A stretch of DNA of 64,000 nt from Candidatus Woesearchaeota archaeon. Lineage in GTDB: Archaea; Nanobdellota; Nanobdellia; SCGC-AAA011-G17; JACPIM01. A model generated the notes under the pieces. The model had not been told where the DNA came from, made no database searches, and saw only the letters and a list, made by a program, of their open reading frames with translations. The position numbers and the translations under genes were made by a program. The stretch lies in the NCBI GenBank assembly GCA_964513145.1, contig CAZELK010000002.1, forward strand, positions 1 through 64,000. Reading direction: 5' to 3'. Shown here piece by piece: positions 20,101-35,266 of the stretch; the stretch's first letter is position 1, and every line of letters starts with the position of its first letter.

Positions 20101-21060
20101 GTGAGCTTAATAATTGTAAAGCAGAATATATCAGATTGGAAGAAAATGAAGAGTCTTAAATTAACAATCAAGGGAATGCATTGTGAAGCATGTGAGAAAA
20201 ATATAAAAAGAGCCTTAAGTAATTTTGATCACATCAAAGATATAAATTTAAAGTTTAATAATGAAAATGCAGAAATATTTTACAATCCGGAAATAAATGT
20301 TAATGAAGTAATTAAAATTATAAAAAACCTGGGTTATGATGCTTCTGAAAAGATATCTCGAAAAGTAAACTTCAATCATTTTTTAAATGAATTATTCTCA
20401 GGCAATAATATTGAAAAGGAAGTGTTGCTGTTGTTTTTTAATATATTAATAATTTTAACAATATCAGAAATAGTAGCTTATCTTGGTTTTTTTGGTAATG
20501 TTGAGAATTTTTTTGATAAAATTGGTTACTTTTTAATTTACCTGATTCTTAGTGTAGTTGCATTGTCAAGTTCAGTTTGGCATATAAAGGCTTACAGCAG
20601 TGATTTTAGTTGCATGTCTGGAATGATGATTGGAATGACAATTGGCATGCTGTCTGGTTTTTTAATTGGTGCTGTAATTGGGGCAACAAATGGAATATTT
20701 ATTGGTTCTGTAATCGGAATAATAATGGGAATGAGTATAGGAAGCTGGTGTGGAAATTGTTGCGGGATCATGGGCATATTAGAAGGAATGATGGCTGGGT
20801 TAATGGGTGGATTGATGGGCCCAATGACCAGTTTAATGCTGATAAACGACAATCTAAAATTGATATTTCCTGTTATCTTTGTAGCTTCATTTTTAATTAT
20901 ATTTGGACTTGACTATATGATATTCAAGGAAACAAAGTCAAAAGACATAACAAACTTTTATAAGTATAATAAATTTAATTTTATAACATTTTGTTTTGTA
21001 ATAACAATGTTGCTGACATTTATAATGGTCTATGGGCCAAAATCAGCATTATTCAGGTAA
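20101..21060 (+). CDS. HMA domain fused to a Met/Gly/Cys-rich multi-TM domain
   Basis: GMHCEAC; CMSGMMIGM...CGNCCG...GMMAGLMGGLMGPM; true start may be MKSLKL. Confidence 0.75.
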   Translation: MSLIIVKQNISDWKKMKSLKLTIKGMHCEACEKNIKRALSNFDHIKDINLKFNNENAEIFYNPEINVNEVIKIIKNLGYDASEKISRKVNFNHFLNELFSGNNIEKEVLLLFFNILIILTISEIVAYLGFFGNVENFFDKIGYFLIYLILSVVALSSSVWHIKAYSSDFSCMSGMMIGMTIGMLSGFLIGAVIGATNGIFIGSVIGIIMGMSIGSWCGNCCGIMGILEGMMAGLMGGLMGPMTSLMLINDNLKLIFPVIFVASFLIIFGLDYMIFKETKSKDITNFYKYNKFNFITFCFVITMLLTFIMVYGPKSALFR

Positions 21061-21062
21061 AA

Positions 21063-21491
21063 ATGGCGGAAGAATTAAAAATAAATAAGAAAACATTATA
21101 CAAACTAATTTGTGTAAGTGTCATTGGGATTTTTTTGTTAACTGCTTTTGTAAATATTTTTTCAGCAGCAGATGATGAGCTGGTAAAAGGAGGTTCAGAA
21201 GGTTCAAATAAAATTATTTACCAAGATGGAAAACAAATAGTGAACTTGGGAATTGCAAATTATAATTATGATCCGAATACAATAAAAGTAAAAGTAAATG
21301 AGCCTGTAAAGATAGTTGGAAACATGGCCCAGCTACAGGGATGTTTAAGGGCATTTGTAATCCCACAATTAAGAATAACAAAATTATTCAAAAATAATGA
21401 CAATGTGCTGGAGTTTACGCCAACAAGAAAAGGAACTTTTCCATTTAGCTGTTCAATGGGCATGGGCACAGGAACTTTAATTGTGGAATAA
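21063..21491 (+). CDS. Membrane-anchored cupredoxin-domain protein
   Basis: YDPNTIKV, GC, EFTP..KGTFPFSCSMGM. Confidence 0.8.
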   Translation: MAEELKINKKTLYKLICVSVIGIFLLTAFVNIFSAADDELVKGGSEGSNKIIYQDGKQIVNLGIANYNYDPNTIKVKVNEPVKIVGNMAQLQGCLRAFVIPQLRITKLFKNNDNVLEFTPTRKGTFPFSCSMGMGTGTLIVE

Positions 21492-21931
21492 TGATAAAAG
21501 AAGTAACAGAAAACAAATTAACTTTCTTATTATCATTCTTTTCATATTTGGTATTATCTTTAATTTTAATAAATTATTTCTACAATGGTTTTTATTTGTT
21601 TTTTAATAATCCGATAAAATATTATCCCTGGATAAGCCTTTTCCTGACATTGGTTTTGTCTTTTTTATTTGGGACCAATATTGCAATTTTAATATCAGGT
21701 TTTTTAAGTTTAAATAAAGCTAAGTTTGGCATATTGCCTGTTACAGGCTTATTCGCAGCAGGCTGTCCGGTCTGCTCTTTGTCAATGATAAGTTTGTTAA
21801 TACCAGGATTAAGTTTAACATTTACTCTGGCAGCATTGCCTTTTAAGGGGCTGGAAATACAATTTATTGCAATAATCTTGTTAGCAATAAGTATTAAAAT
21901 ATTAACAAGAAAAAATATATGTAAAAAATGA
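21491..21931 (+). CDS. Membrane protein with CxxC motif
   Basis: AAGCPVC within TM segments. Confidence 0.6.
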   Translation: MIKEVTENKLTFLLSFFSYLVLSLILINYFYNGFYLFFNNPIKYYPWISLFLTLVLSFLFGTNIAILISGFLSLNKAKFGILPVTGLFAAGCPVCSLSMISLLIPGLSLTFTLAALPFKGLEIQFIAIILLAISIKILTRKNICKK

Positions 21932-22314
21932 GAATAAAAATTAAGACACTATTGATAATAATTTCATTATTTGGGATAATATCCACCTTATATTTAACAT
22001 ATGCACATTATTTTGGCAGTAATCTTTGTGATATTAATGATTTCTTATCATGTGGCACAGTAAACATAAGCGAATATTCAACAATTTTCAATATACCTTT
22101 GGCTATTCTGGGCATAATTTATTTTTTATTAACATTTGCCTTAATAATTAATAATAAAACAAAATTAGCAGGATATTTATCAATACCTGTAATAATTTAT
22201 TCTTTATATTTAACATATGTAGAATTTTTTATAATAGAAGCATTATGTATAGTTTGTGAGATTACAAAAATGTTTATGTTTGGAATAATAGTTTTGGCAA
22301 TTTATAAGAAATAA
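21928..22314 (+). CDS. Second VKOR family protein
   Basis: CDINDFLSCGTVNISEYS and ALCIVC. Confidence 0.88.
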   Translation: MRIKIKTLLIIISLFGIISTLYLTYAHYFGSNLCDINDFLSCGTVNISEYSTIFNIPLAILGIIYFLLTFALIINNKTKLAGYLSIPVIIYSLYLTYVEFFIIEALCIVCEITKMFMFGIIVLAIYKK

Positions 22315-22356
22315 TAAAAAATTAAAGTTCTTCCGTTAATGCTTTTTCTAAAATGT

Positions 22357-27891
<5,535 letters not shown>

Positions 27892-27926
27892 TTTTTATTT
27901 TGTTACTTTTCTTAATCTTTTTGATG

Positions 27927-28289
27927 TTATGATTTTAAAACCCTTTTTATTCTTTTTGTAAAAAATATGCTTAGTTTCTCTGGTTCTTCTAAACTCATAT
28001 AAATAATTTTATCTATTTCTTTAGCTAATTCCTCTTGAAAAGTTATAATCTCTTTTGGTATTGAAACAACATAGCTATTTCCAACAAACCTCAGCTTTAC
28101 ATTAAATTCCTTTCTTTTCAATTTTTCAAAATTATTATACTCTTGTAAATCTAAGGGATGAAACCATCTTTTATGACAATTGTTGCACTCCCATGATCTT
28201 AATTTAAAACCATCTTTAAGTACAAATCCTTTAGTTGTCTTTCTATTGCAATTTTCGCATAAAATTGTTGTATCATATATATCGGCCAT
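27927..28289 (-). CDS. Zinc ribbon plus AbrB/MazE-like domain protein
   Basis: CENC...CNNC; VKLRFVGNSYVVSIPK; palindrome TGTATATA-TTAAG-TATATACA at 28302-28322 upstream. Confidence 0.7.
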   Translation of the reverse strand: MADIYDTTILCENCNRKTTKGFVLKDGFKLRSWECNNCHKRWFHPLDLQEYNNFEKLKRKEFNVKLRFVGNSYVVSIPKEIITFQEELAKEIDKIIYMSLEEPEKLSIFFTKRIKRVLKS

Positions 28290-28439
28290 ATTTAAATTAA
28301 ATGTATATATTAAGTATATACAAGAAATATATAAATATTTCGGTAATAAGGGCTTTGCACAAGTTAGGCATTTCTGCACAAGAATAGAATTTGTAATTGA
28401 AGTTAATAACAGCAAAGTATTATAAAATTTTAAATGAAA

Positions 28440-28679
28440 TTAATTATTTCTTCCTTTATGCCCCTGAATATGCCAATGTAATTTTTTATCAACATTCATT
28501 ATTTTTGCAAATAACCCAAAAGTTAAAGTTATATTAGCAATGACAAAAGCTAAAATAGCATCTTCAATACTCCAACTACCACCCAAAATAATTTTTGAGA
28601 TTTGATAAATTAAAATTATACTCAATATAAAAGCAAAGATTTGTGCAACAATAGTTAAAATATTCCAAAAGTTTTTCAT
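28440..28679 (-). CDS. Small membrane protein
   Basis: 79 aa, two TM helices. Confidence 0.55.
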   Translation of the reverse strand: MKNFWNILTIVAQIFAFILSIILIYQISKIILGGSWSIEDAILAFVIANITLTFGLFAKIMNVDKKLHWHIQGHKGRNN

Positions 28680-28825
28680 TAAATACCACCATATAATCTT
28701 TTAATTAATAAAATAGTTGTAAGCACAATTAAAAGAAACATAATTATCATTAAAACTTTAAGAAAAAATGCATTAAACTTTTCTAATCTTGTCTCACCAA
28801 AATCATTTTCAATAAATTTATCCAT
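28679..28825 (-). CDS. Small membrane protein (48 aa, not in ORF track)
   Basis: MDKFIENDFGETRLEKFNAFFLKVLMIIMFLLIVLTTILLIKRLYGGI; stop overlaps the next ATG. Confidence 0.5.
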   Translation of the reverse strand: MDKFIENDFGETRLEKFNAFFLKVLMIIMFLLIVLTTILLIKRLYGGI

Positions 28826-28929
28826 AAAAAGTATTATTATTCTCTTCTTAATAACTTTTACTCAAGATTTTTCGCAAGAAATCCGAAACAATCCGTTTAA
28901 ATCTGAATCTCTTGGATTTTAGCCGGGAT

Positions 28930-29616
28930 TTATGAAATAATTTTGTCGCACCAAATGCAACCCTCTTTAGGGCAATCAGAATTAAGCAATTTTAGTGCTT
29001 TCCTAAACAAATATTCTGCATTTTCAACATTAGTATTCCTTCTTGCCAAAACAGTATCAAAAATTACTTGTCCTGTTTCCAAAACTTCTTTTGGGATATA
29101 AAATAACAAGAAAGCAAAATCCTCTGTTTCAAATCCATTCTTTCTTAATAAAAAATTATAAAAATCCAGTTGGTTCTGGTAACTATTGCCAGATTCAGTT
29201 TCATTCTTTATAGGATAACCTTTTGTTTTGTAGTCAAGAACAATTAATTTTTTGCCATTAACTAGGATATTATCAACTGCCCCAGATAAAATATTTCCAT
29301 TTTCATCTGTCCATCTTATTCCTTTTAAGTTGTTTCTCCATACTTTCAAAAGTTCTAAATCATCAAATAATTTTAATCCTTTTGTATGGTGGTGGTCTTT
29401 TATTTCAGGGGGTAATTCTCCTTTGTCTCTAAATTTGTCAAAATGGGTTTTAATTATTTTGTCCATACCATTTGGCAATTGGGGAAATGGTGTTTCTGGT
29501 CTTTTCCAAATTTTATGTTTATCTAGCCAGAAACAACGAGAACAAGATAACATTAAATTTATAGAAGAAGGGGATAACTTGTACACCTGTTCTGCAGCAC
29601 CTTCTTGAATTTTCAT
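28930..29616 (-). CDS. Solo Cas4/AddB-like PD-(D/E)XK nuclease
   Basis: LSPSSIN...CSRCFW, GAVDNIL...LDYKT, QLDFY, C-terminal CIWC. Confidence 0.85.
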   Translation of the reverse strand: MKIQEGAAEQVYKLSPSSINLMLSCSRCFWLDKHKIWKRPETPFPQLPNGMDKIIKTHFDKFRDKGELPPEIKDHHHTKGLKLFDDLELLKVWRNNLKGIRWTDENGNILSGAVDNILVNGKKLIVLDYKTKGYPIKNETESGNSYQNQLDFYNFLLRKNGFETEDFAFLLFYIPKEVLETGQVIFDTVLARRNTNVENAEYLFRKALKLLNSDCPKEGCIWCDKIIS

Positions 29617-29649
29617 CTTTTTTATAAAATTAATGCAATATATAAATCT

Positions 29650-29688
29650 TAGTCAGGTCTTTGTCTTGTCCAGTAGGTTTTGTCCAGT
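29650..29688 (-). repeat. 39-bp repeat, copy 1 (inverted relative to 35267-35305)
   Basis: ACTGGACAAAACCTACTGGACAAGACAAAGACCTG(A/C)CTA, 1 mismatch. Confidence 0.93.
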
Positions 29689-29693
29689 AATAT

Positions 29694-29948
29694 TTAAGTT
29701 TTCAAATCTTTAATTTGATTGGATAAATTGTTTAGATTGACATTAGTTTTTCTATAAATATAATAAACTGTGGAGCAAATAATAGCCAAAATAGCAGAAT
29801 AAATAAACCATTTTTCAAAATTTAAAATTAGACCGCCCAAAAAAGTGATTACGCTCCAGATACCTAAGCTTAAAGTAGCGTTTAAAATTTGCAAGTTTTT
29901 CTGATATTCCAAATCTAAACAGTTTTTTTGTAAATGTATTTTGTTCAT
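29694..29948 (-). CDS. Small membrane protein
   Basis: 84 aa, two TM helices. Confidence 0.55.
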   Translation of the reverse strand: MNKIHLQKNCLDLEYQKNLQILNATLSLGIWSVITFLGGLILNFEKWFIYSAILAIICSTVYYIYRKTNVNLNNLSNQIKDLKT

Positions 29949-30094
29949 TTTTCAGAAGTTATAATACCAATCCCTATTCCTATCAAAATTATTCCTGTAA
30001 TAACATAAGGTATATTTTGTGTATTCAGATTTATAAAGTACAAACCTAAAAGAATAGCAACTACGCCGCCACCCATTTTTATTGGATTTACCAT
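29945..30094 (-). CDS. Small membrane protein (49 aa, not in ORF track)
   Basis: MVNPIKMGGGVVAILLGLYF...IGIGIITSEK; ATGA overlap with the next gene. Confidence 0.5.
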   Translation of the reverse strand: MVNPIKMGGGVVAILLGLYFINLNTQNIPYVITGIILIGIGIGIITSEK

Positions 30095-30188
30095 AATATT
30101 AAAAAAGAAAGGTCTTTAATAAATCTTATGTAATAATTCTCGAAAAATTTCCAGAATTTATAAGAAATAATAAAAGTTTTTCGAAATT

Positions 30189-30377
30189 TTAGTTAGAATT
30201 CGTTTCTTCTTTTTTATCTTTTTTTCTCATATCAAACCATAAGTTTAGTAAATCATTCACATCTTCTTTTTTATGTTCTTTTTTCTCTTCTGCAATGAAT
30301 TTACCTAATTTCTTCTCTTTGGGAACATATTTTACCTGGTTAAACTTTCGTTTTCCTCCACCCATATAATAATTCAA
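30189..30377 (-). CDS. Small basic hypothetical protein
   Basis: 62-aa ORF. Confidence 0.45.
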   Translation of the reverse strand: MNYYMGGGKRKFNQVKYVPKEKKLGKFIAEEKKEHKKEDVNDLLNLWFDMRKKDKKEETNSN

Positions 30378-30488
30378 AAAATAGTAATTTTTAAGCTTTT
30401 CTAATACCTGCTTTGCACATAAATTAATCCTTTTTAATACCCAAAGGTTTATTTTAGTTGGGCTTTAATAAGATTTGTAGAATTTAAA

Positions 30489-31115
30489 ATGATAACAACA
30501 GGAATTAAAGAGTTAGACGATTTAATACAGGGTTATAAAGAAGAATTAAACCTCATCTACGGTCCTCCGGGTTCAGGAAAAACAACCTTATGTAAATTAG
30601 TGGCAATTAATTTGCTAAATAAAAACAAAAAAGTCATATATATTGATACTGAAAACGGCTTTTCATTAGAAAGATTTAGGCAATTATCAGATAATTATGA
30701 GAAAATATTGGATAATTTAATTTTAATTAAAGTTAAAAGTTTTGAAGACCAGTGTATAAAAACAGAAAATTTAGTAGAAATAAAAAAAATAAGTCTTGTA
30801 ATAATAGACTCAATAGGTAAATTTTACAGAAGCGAAGTAAAGGAAGATCCAAAAGAAATAAATAAAAAATTCATTTCTAATTTAAATTCTTTAAGAACAA
30901 TATCAAAAAATAATATACCAATAATTATAACAAATCAAATCTATGCAGATTTTAATGACAATAATAAAGTAATACCCCTGGGTGGAAAAATAATCCAAAA
31001 TTTCTGTAAAAAAATTATTGAATTAAAAATCTCTCCAAGAAGATTAATACAAAAAAAACCAGAAGAAAAAGAAATGCTGTTCGAAATAAATGAAAAAGGG
31101 ATAATAAAAGTTTAG
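30489..31115 (+). CDS. radB: DNA repair protein RadB
   Basis: TTGIKELDDL, YGPPGSGKT, YIDTENGFS, IIDSI, ITNQ. Confidence 0.9.
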   Translation: MITTGIKELDDLIQGYKEELNLIYGPPGSGKTTLCKLVAINLLNKNKKVIYIDTENGFSLERFRQLSDNYEKILDNLILIKVKSFEDQCIKTENLVEIKKISLVIIDSIGKFYRSEVKEDPKEINKKFISNLNSLRTISKNNIPIIITNQIYADFNDNNKVIPLGGKIIQNFCKKIIELKISPRRLIQKKPEEKEMLFEINEKGIIKV

Positions 31116-33307
31116 ACTTGTTTCTTTTTTCTTCCTATTTTTGATTTTTCTTTCATTTGCTCATCTTTATTTTTAGGAGTTTCTTTTTCTTCCGTAGTTT
31201 TTCCCTGATGAGTTTTATCTTCGTTTTTTGGTAAAGCTTCTGTCGTTTTTCCATGAAGGCTTTTGTCAAAAGGCTTGGCCCAAGCTTCTTTAGATTTGCA
31301 ATTTGGTGTTAAGCATAATTTCCATGGTCTTTTTCCAGCCCTAATAACCAAAACTTGGTAAAAGTTGCATTCTTTGCATTTTTCTTCCAATTTTTTTATC
31401 AATCCATTTCTTGGTAAAGAATAAATGTTCTTACATTCTGGATAGCTTGAACATCCTACAAATTTGCTTTTTGTTTTGGGAGAATATAATATTTTCAGGT
31501 TTCCTTTCTCGCATTTAGGGCATTGCCCAAGTGTATTAGTATCTTCTTCTGTTTTTCTTTGTGAGACTAATAATTCTTTTCCAATATCAGTTTCATGTTC
31601 TTTAAATTTATCAAAAATTTTAATTAAAGTTTCTTTGGCTTTTCCTAAAATTTCTTGCTCATCAGCTTTTCCTTCCCTTATTTTCTCCATTTCTTTTTCA
31701 AAATGTCTTGTCAATTTTTCATCAATAATTTCTTCAGAATATTTTTGCAAAGTATCGATTAATTTTATTCCCAATTCAGTTGCTTGAATAGAATTGTCTT
31801 TAATGTAATTTCTTTGATATAATGTATCCAAAATAGCTGCGCGAGTACTTTTTGTACCTAAAAATTTTTTATCAAGTTCTTTAATTATTGAAGCTTGTAT
31901 ATATCTTTTTGGTGGTTGTGTCTCTTTGTTTTCTATTTTAATTTCTTTAACTTTTACTTCTTCCATTTCTTTCAATTTAGGAAGTTCAACGTCCTTAGAC
32001 AAAGCATATTTTCCATAATATTTTTGCCAGCCTTTTTCTAAAGTTATTGTTCCAGAAACAGAAAATAATTCGTTGTTTACATCAATATTTAAAGTATTAG
32101 TTTGTTTTTTAGCAGGTTCGCCAAAAGTGCTTAAGAATCTTCTGACAATTAAATCATATAATTTAAATCCTTTTCCATCCACTTTAGCAAATTCCCCAGT
32201 GGGATGCACGCTGGGATGGGCAGGATCAGATTTTTTTCCTTCATTTGGAATTAATACATTTTTATTCAACAATTCAGAACAAATTTCTTCATAATTATTG
32301 TTTTTCTTTAATTTTTCAAATATTTTTTTAAAATTCAAAGCACTGGGCAGCTTTTGCGATGAAGTTCTGGGATAAGAAATATATCCATTTATATACAAAT
32401 CTTGCGCAATACTTAAAGTTTCTTTGGGAGATATATGTAAAGTCCTGTATGCTTCTACTTGTAAAGAAGTTAAATCAAATGGATAGGGTGGTTCTTGTAA
32501 AAACTCTCTTTTAGAAATTTTTTTAATAAATGCTTTATTTCCTTCAGTATTTTTTAAAATTGTTTCAGCTTCTTTCTTATCCCAAATATCTCCTTTAATA
32601 TGCCCAGCAGTAAATTTATCTGATATTAAATTTACCAGCCAAAAGGGAACTGGTTTAAAATTTTGAATTTCCTTTTCTCTTTTTACAATTAAATTTAAGG
32701 CTGGCCCCTGAACCCTTCCGCTTGACATTAATTTAAATGCTCCGGCGCTTTTTATTGCCAACGTCAAAGCTCTTGACATATTTATCCCCCATATCCAATC
32801 CATAATATGCCTAGTTTCACCTGAGTAAGCTAAAGGAAAATCAAGATGTTTTTTAACATTTTTATAACTATCAATTAAATCATCTTTTGTTAAAGTTGAG
32901 AACTCCATCCTCAACCCATCTTTTTTATTAAAAATATATCTTAAAATATTCCATCCAATAACTTCTCCCTCTAAATCCTTATCAGTAGCAACAATGAATT
33001 CATCAGCATCTTTACTTAATTCTTTTAGAAGATCAAAATATTTTTGTGTGTAAGCAGACTTTTTCTTAACCTTAAAACTTTCTCTCCATTCAACATCAAA
33101 AACAGGATACTTTGATCCTTCTTTCTTTTTTTCTGCTAAATTAAATAAATGTCCTACAGTACAACAGACAATAACTTTTTTTCCTTTTATTTGAATATTA
33201 TAATAAGGCACTCCATCTTCTTTGTAAGCTGTTACTTTGCCGTCAGCTAAAGAATCTGCTATTTTCAAAGCTGCTGATGGTTTCTCGCATAAAATTAATT
33301 GTGTCAT
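31112..33307 (-). CDS. topA: Type IA DNA topoisomerase
   Basis: LILCEKP, ATDKDLEGE, SSGRVQ, ISYPRT, C-terminal zinc ribbons; start set at MTQLIL. Confidence 0.96.
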   Translation of the reverse strand: MTQLILCEKPSAALKIADSLADGKVTAYKEDGVPYYNIQIKGKKVIVCCTVGHLFNLAEKKKEGSKYPVFDVEWRESFKVKKKSAYTQKYFDLLKELSKDADEFIVATDKDLEGEVIGWNILRYIFNKKDGLRMEFSTLTKDDLIDSYKNVKKHLDFPLAYSGETRHIMDWIWGINMSRALTLAIKSAGAFKLMSSGRVQGPALNLIVKREKEIQNFKPVPFWLVNLISDKFTAGHIKGDIWDKKEAETILKNTEGNKAFIKKISKREFLQEPPYPFDLTSLQVEAYRTLHISPKETLSIAQDLYINGYISYPRTSSQKLPSALNFKKIFEKLKKNNNYEEICSELLNKNVLIPNEGKKSDPAHPSVHPTGEFAKVDGKGFKLYDLIVRRFLSTFGEPAKKQTNTLNIDVNNELFSVSGTITLEKGWQKYYGKYALSKDVELPKLKEMEEVKVKEIKIENKETQPPKRYIQASIIKELDKKFLGTKSTRAAILDTLYQRNYIKDNSIQATELGIKLIDTLQKYSEEIIDEKLTRHFEKEMEKIREGKADEQEILGKAKETLIKIFDKFKEHETDIGKELLVSQRKTEEDTNTLGQCPKCEKGNLKILYSPKTKSKFVGCSSYPECKNIYSLPRNGLIKKLEEKCKECNFYQVLVIRAGKRPWKLCLTPNCKSKEAWAKPFDKSLHGKTTEALPKNEDKTHQGKTTEEKETPKNKDEQMKEKSKIGRKKKQV

Positions 33308-33355
33308 AAAATGCCCAAATATAAGACATTTATTAAATTTTTGCTTAAAAGATTT

Positions 33356-33461
33356 TGTATAATTAACTAAGGCTAAGAAATTTGAGTAATCCAAAACCCC
33401 AAATTTTGGCAGTTTTAAATAAGAAAATTTTTCCAAAAGAAGTTTTATTTATAAATCCTTA
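33356..33461. repeat. 106-bp dispersed intergenic repeat, copy 2
   Basis: 103/106 identical to 1478-1583, same orientation. Confidence 0.95.
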
Positions 33462-33539
33462 ATTAACTTTACAGAGCCGCTTAAAATCTAAAATAGAATG
33501 TAGAAAGATTTAAAGGGTTCTTATTATTATTTTTAAATA

Positions 33540-34292
33540 ATGAAATCTAAAATTATGAATTCTTATGAGACTTTTGGAGAAATATATTATGAATCAAGAA
33601 AGAAAAAAAATGGAATAAGCTATTTTTACAATGAAAATCTTGAGATGCCTGCAACTTTAAAATTATTAGGTAATGTTAAGGGAAAGAAGATTCTGGATGT
33701 TGGCTGCGGTCCGGGAATTTACGCCAGGATTCTTACTGAAGCAGGAGCGTCTGTAAAAGGCATAGATTTCTCTAAAAAATTTATATCAATTGCAAAAAAT
33801 GAAGCACCAAAAGCATTATTTACATTAGGGGATGCAGAAAAATTACCATACCAAAACAAAGAATTTGATATTGTTTTGTCAACATTAATGTTGGGCCATT
33901 TTGAAAATTGGGATAATATATTTTCTGAAATAAAGAGAGTTCTGAAAAATAATTGTATTTTCATATTTTCAATAAAAAACCCAATTACTTCCAGCATGCA
34001 AAAAAGAAAATGGTTCTTTAGATCATTCAGGGAAGTTGTTGATTACTTTAATGAAAAATGGGTTTCGAATAAATGGAGAAGGGAAAATAGGGGAAATACC
34101 ATAACATCTTATGTGTCAGAACATCATAAAACATACAGCACTATAATCAAGACAATTATAAAAAATAGTTTTGAGATTATTGATTATGAAGATGCAAGGC
34201 CTTTGTTAAAAGCAAAAAATCTATTCCCAAAAGAATACAAAAGAACAATTAATATGCCACATTTTTGTATATGGAAACTTAGAAAGAAATAA
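33540..34292 (+). CDS. Class I SAM methyltransferase
   Basis: ILDVGCGPG, GIDFS, FDIV. Confidence 0.9.
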   Translation: MKSKIMNSYETFGEIYYESRKKKNGISYFYNENLEMPATLKLLGNVKGKKILDVGCGPGIYARILTEAGASVKGIDFSKKFISIAKNEAPKALFTLGDAEKLPYQNKEFDIVLSTLMLGHFENWDNIFSEIKRVLKNNCIFIFSIKNPITSSMQKRKWFFRSFREVVDYFNEKWVSNKWRRENRGNTITSYVSEHHKTYSTIIKTIIKNSFEIIDYEDARPLLKAKNLFPKEYKRTINMPHFCIWKLRKK

Positions 34293-34330
34293 ATTATCCT
34301 ATTACTAAATTACTATTTTTTGTAAAACTT

Positions 34331-34365
34331 CTTTTAGTCCTTGATTAAACTTTTTCTAAGGGTTT
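34331..34365 (-). repeat. Free-standing copy of the palindromic element also found in the tRNA introns
   Basis: Minus strand AAACCCTTAGAAAAAGTTTAATCAAGGACTAAAAG versus the Phe intron AAACTTTTTAGAAAAAAGTTTAATCAAAAAAACTAAGAAG. Confidence 0.8.
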
Positions 34366-34369
34366 AAAA

Positions 34370-34488
34370 TGGGCCCGATCAGATTTGAACTGACGGCCGC
34401 TCGATTATCAGTCGAGTGCTCCAATTGTCCATACTTTTAGTTTTGCCAAAGCTTTTCCTAAAAGCTTTCCAGACTAAGCTACGGGCCC
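34370..34488 (-). tRNA. tRNA-Ile(GAU) with a 44-nt D-loop intron (34425-34468)
   Basis: Acceptor GGGCCCG/CGGGCCC-A; anticodon arm CTCGA-CTGATAA-TCGAG; T arm GTCAG-TTCAAAT-CTGAT; BHB central helix GTCT/GGAC with bulges GGA and AAT. Confidence 0.92.
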
Positions 34489-34540
34489 ATAAAGGAAACA
34501 CAATTATTTCATTTATTAAATTTTGCATATAAAAATTGAT

Positions 34541-34924
34541 TTAAAAATCAGTTAATTTAGAAAGTCTTCCTGAAACTTTGCCAGTAAAATACCTTGAGTC
34601 TTTTGGGATAAGGGGCACATAAACAGGATCTAGCTCTATTCCTAAATATCTGGCTTTGGTATAAATATGGCCTAGAGCATAGCAATAAGAATCACGTACA
34701 ATTTTATTAGCTTGCCTGAAAACAGCGATTTCACAAATTAAATCTTCAACAAATCCCCGCATTTTTTGCTCTATATTATTCATCTTCCTATTAACAGATA
34801 ATTTAGCAAGATCATACCTTCCTTCAGTCTTATGTTTAGTAATTTGAAATGATTTAGATTGTTTCAATTTTGTAACTAAATCATCTATTGAAGTTATCCT
34901 TGATTTAAGTTCTTTTTTATCCAT
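34541..34924 (-). CDS. Hypothetical protein
   Basis: 127-aa ORF, no recognised motif. Confidence 0.55.
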   Translation of the reverse strand: MDKKELKSRITSIDDLVTKLKQSKSFQITKHKTEGRYDLAKLSVNRKMNNIEQKMRGFVEDLICEIAVFRQANKIVRDSYCYALGHIYTKARYLGIELDPVYVPLIPKDSRYFTGKVSGRLSKLTDF

Positions 34925-34950
34925 AAACCCAATATAAAAAAGAAAGGCTT

Positions 34951-35112
34951 TTAATCCTTCCTTTTTTTCGTTCTAAAAGCCCTTATTAAATCATCAGGGC
35001 ATCTGGTTGTTTTATAGCAATTAGGGCAGATTAAGATAGGGTTATCAGCATCAAACTTATAAGGTCCCATAAAATTGTGGCATCCACATTTACATGTAAA
35101 TTCATATTCCAT
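34951..35112 (-). CDS. Small Cys-rich (zinc-finger-like) protein (53 aa, not in ORF track)
   Basis: MEYEFTCKCGCHNFMGPYKFDADNPILICPNCYKTTRCPDD... Confidence 0.55.
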   Translation of the reverse strand: MEYEFTCKCGCHNFMGPYKFDADNPILICPNCYKTTRCPDDLIRAFRTKKRKD

Positions 35113-35266
35113 TATTAATAAAAATCAAACTAATTATTTAAAGAAAAGCTGTATAAATTAATACTTTATTTTCTAAAAAATACAGATGCATATATTTTTG
35201 TTAAAAACTTTCAAAATAAAATTTTGTACTACTATTAAATTATTACTTCTACTATTTATAAATACC

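Noticed and set aside
33308-33436. N-terminal extension of TopA (MEKFSYLKLPKFGV...)
   Set aside because: It is a translation of the 106-bp repeat; the TOPRIM domain starts at MTQLIL.
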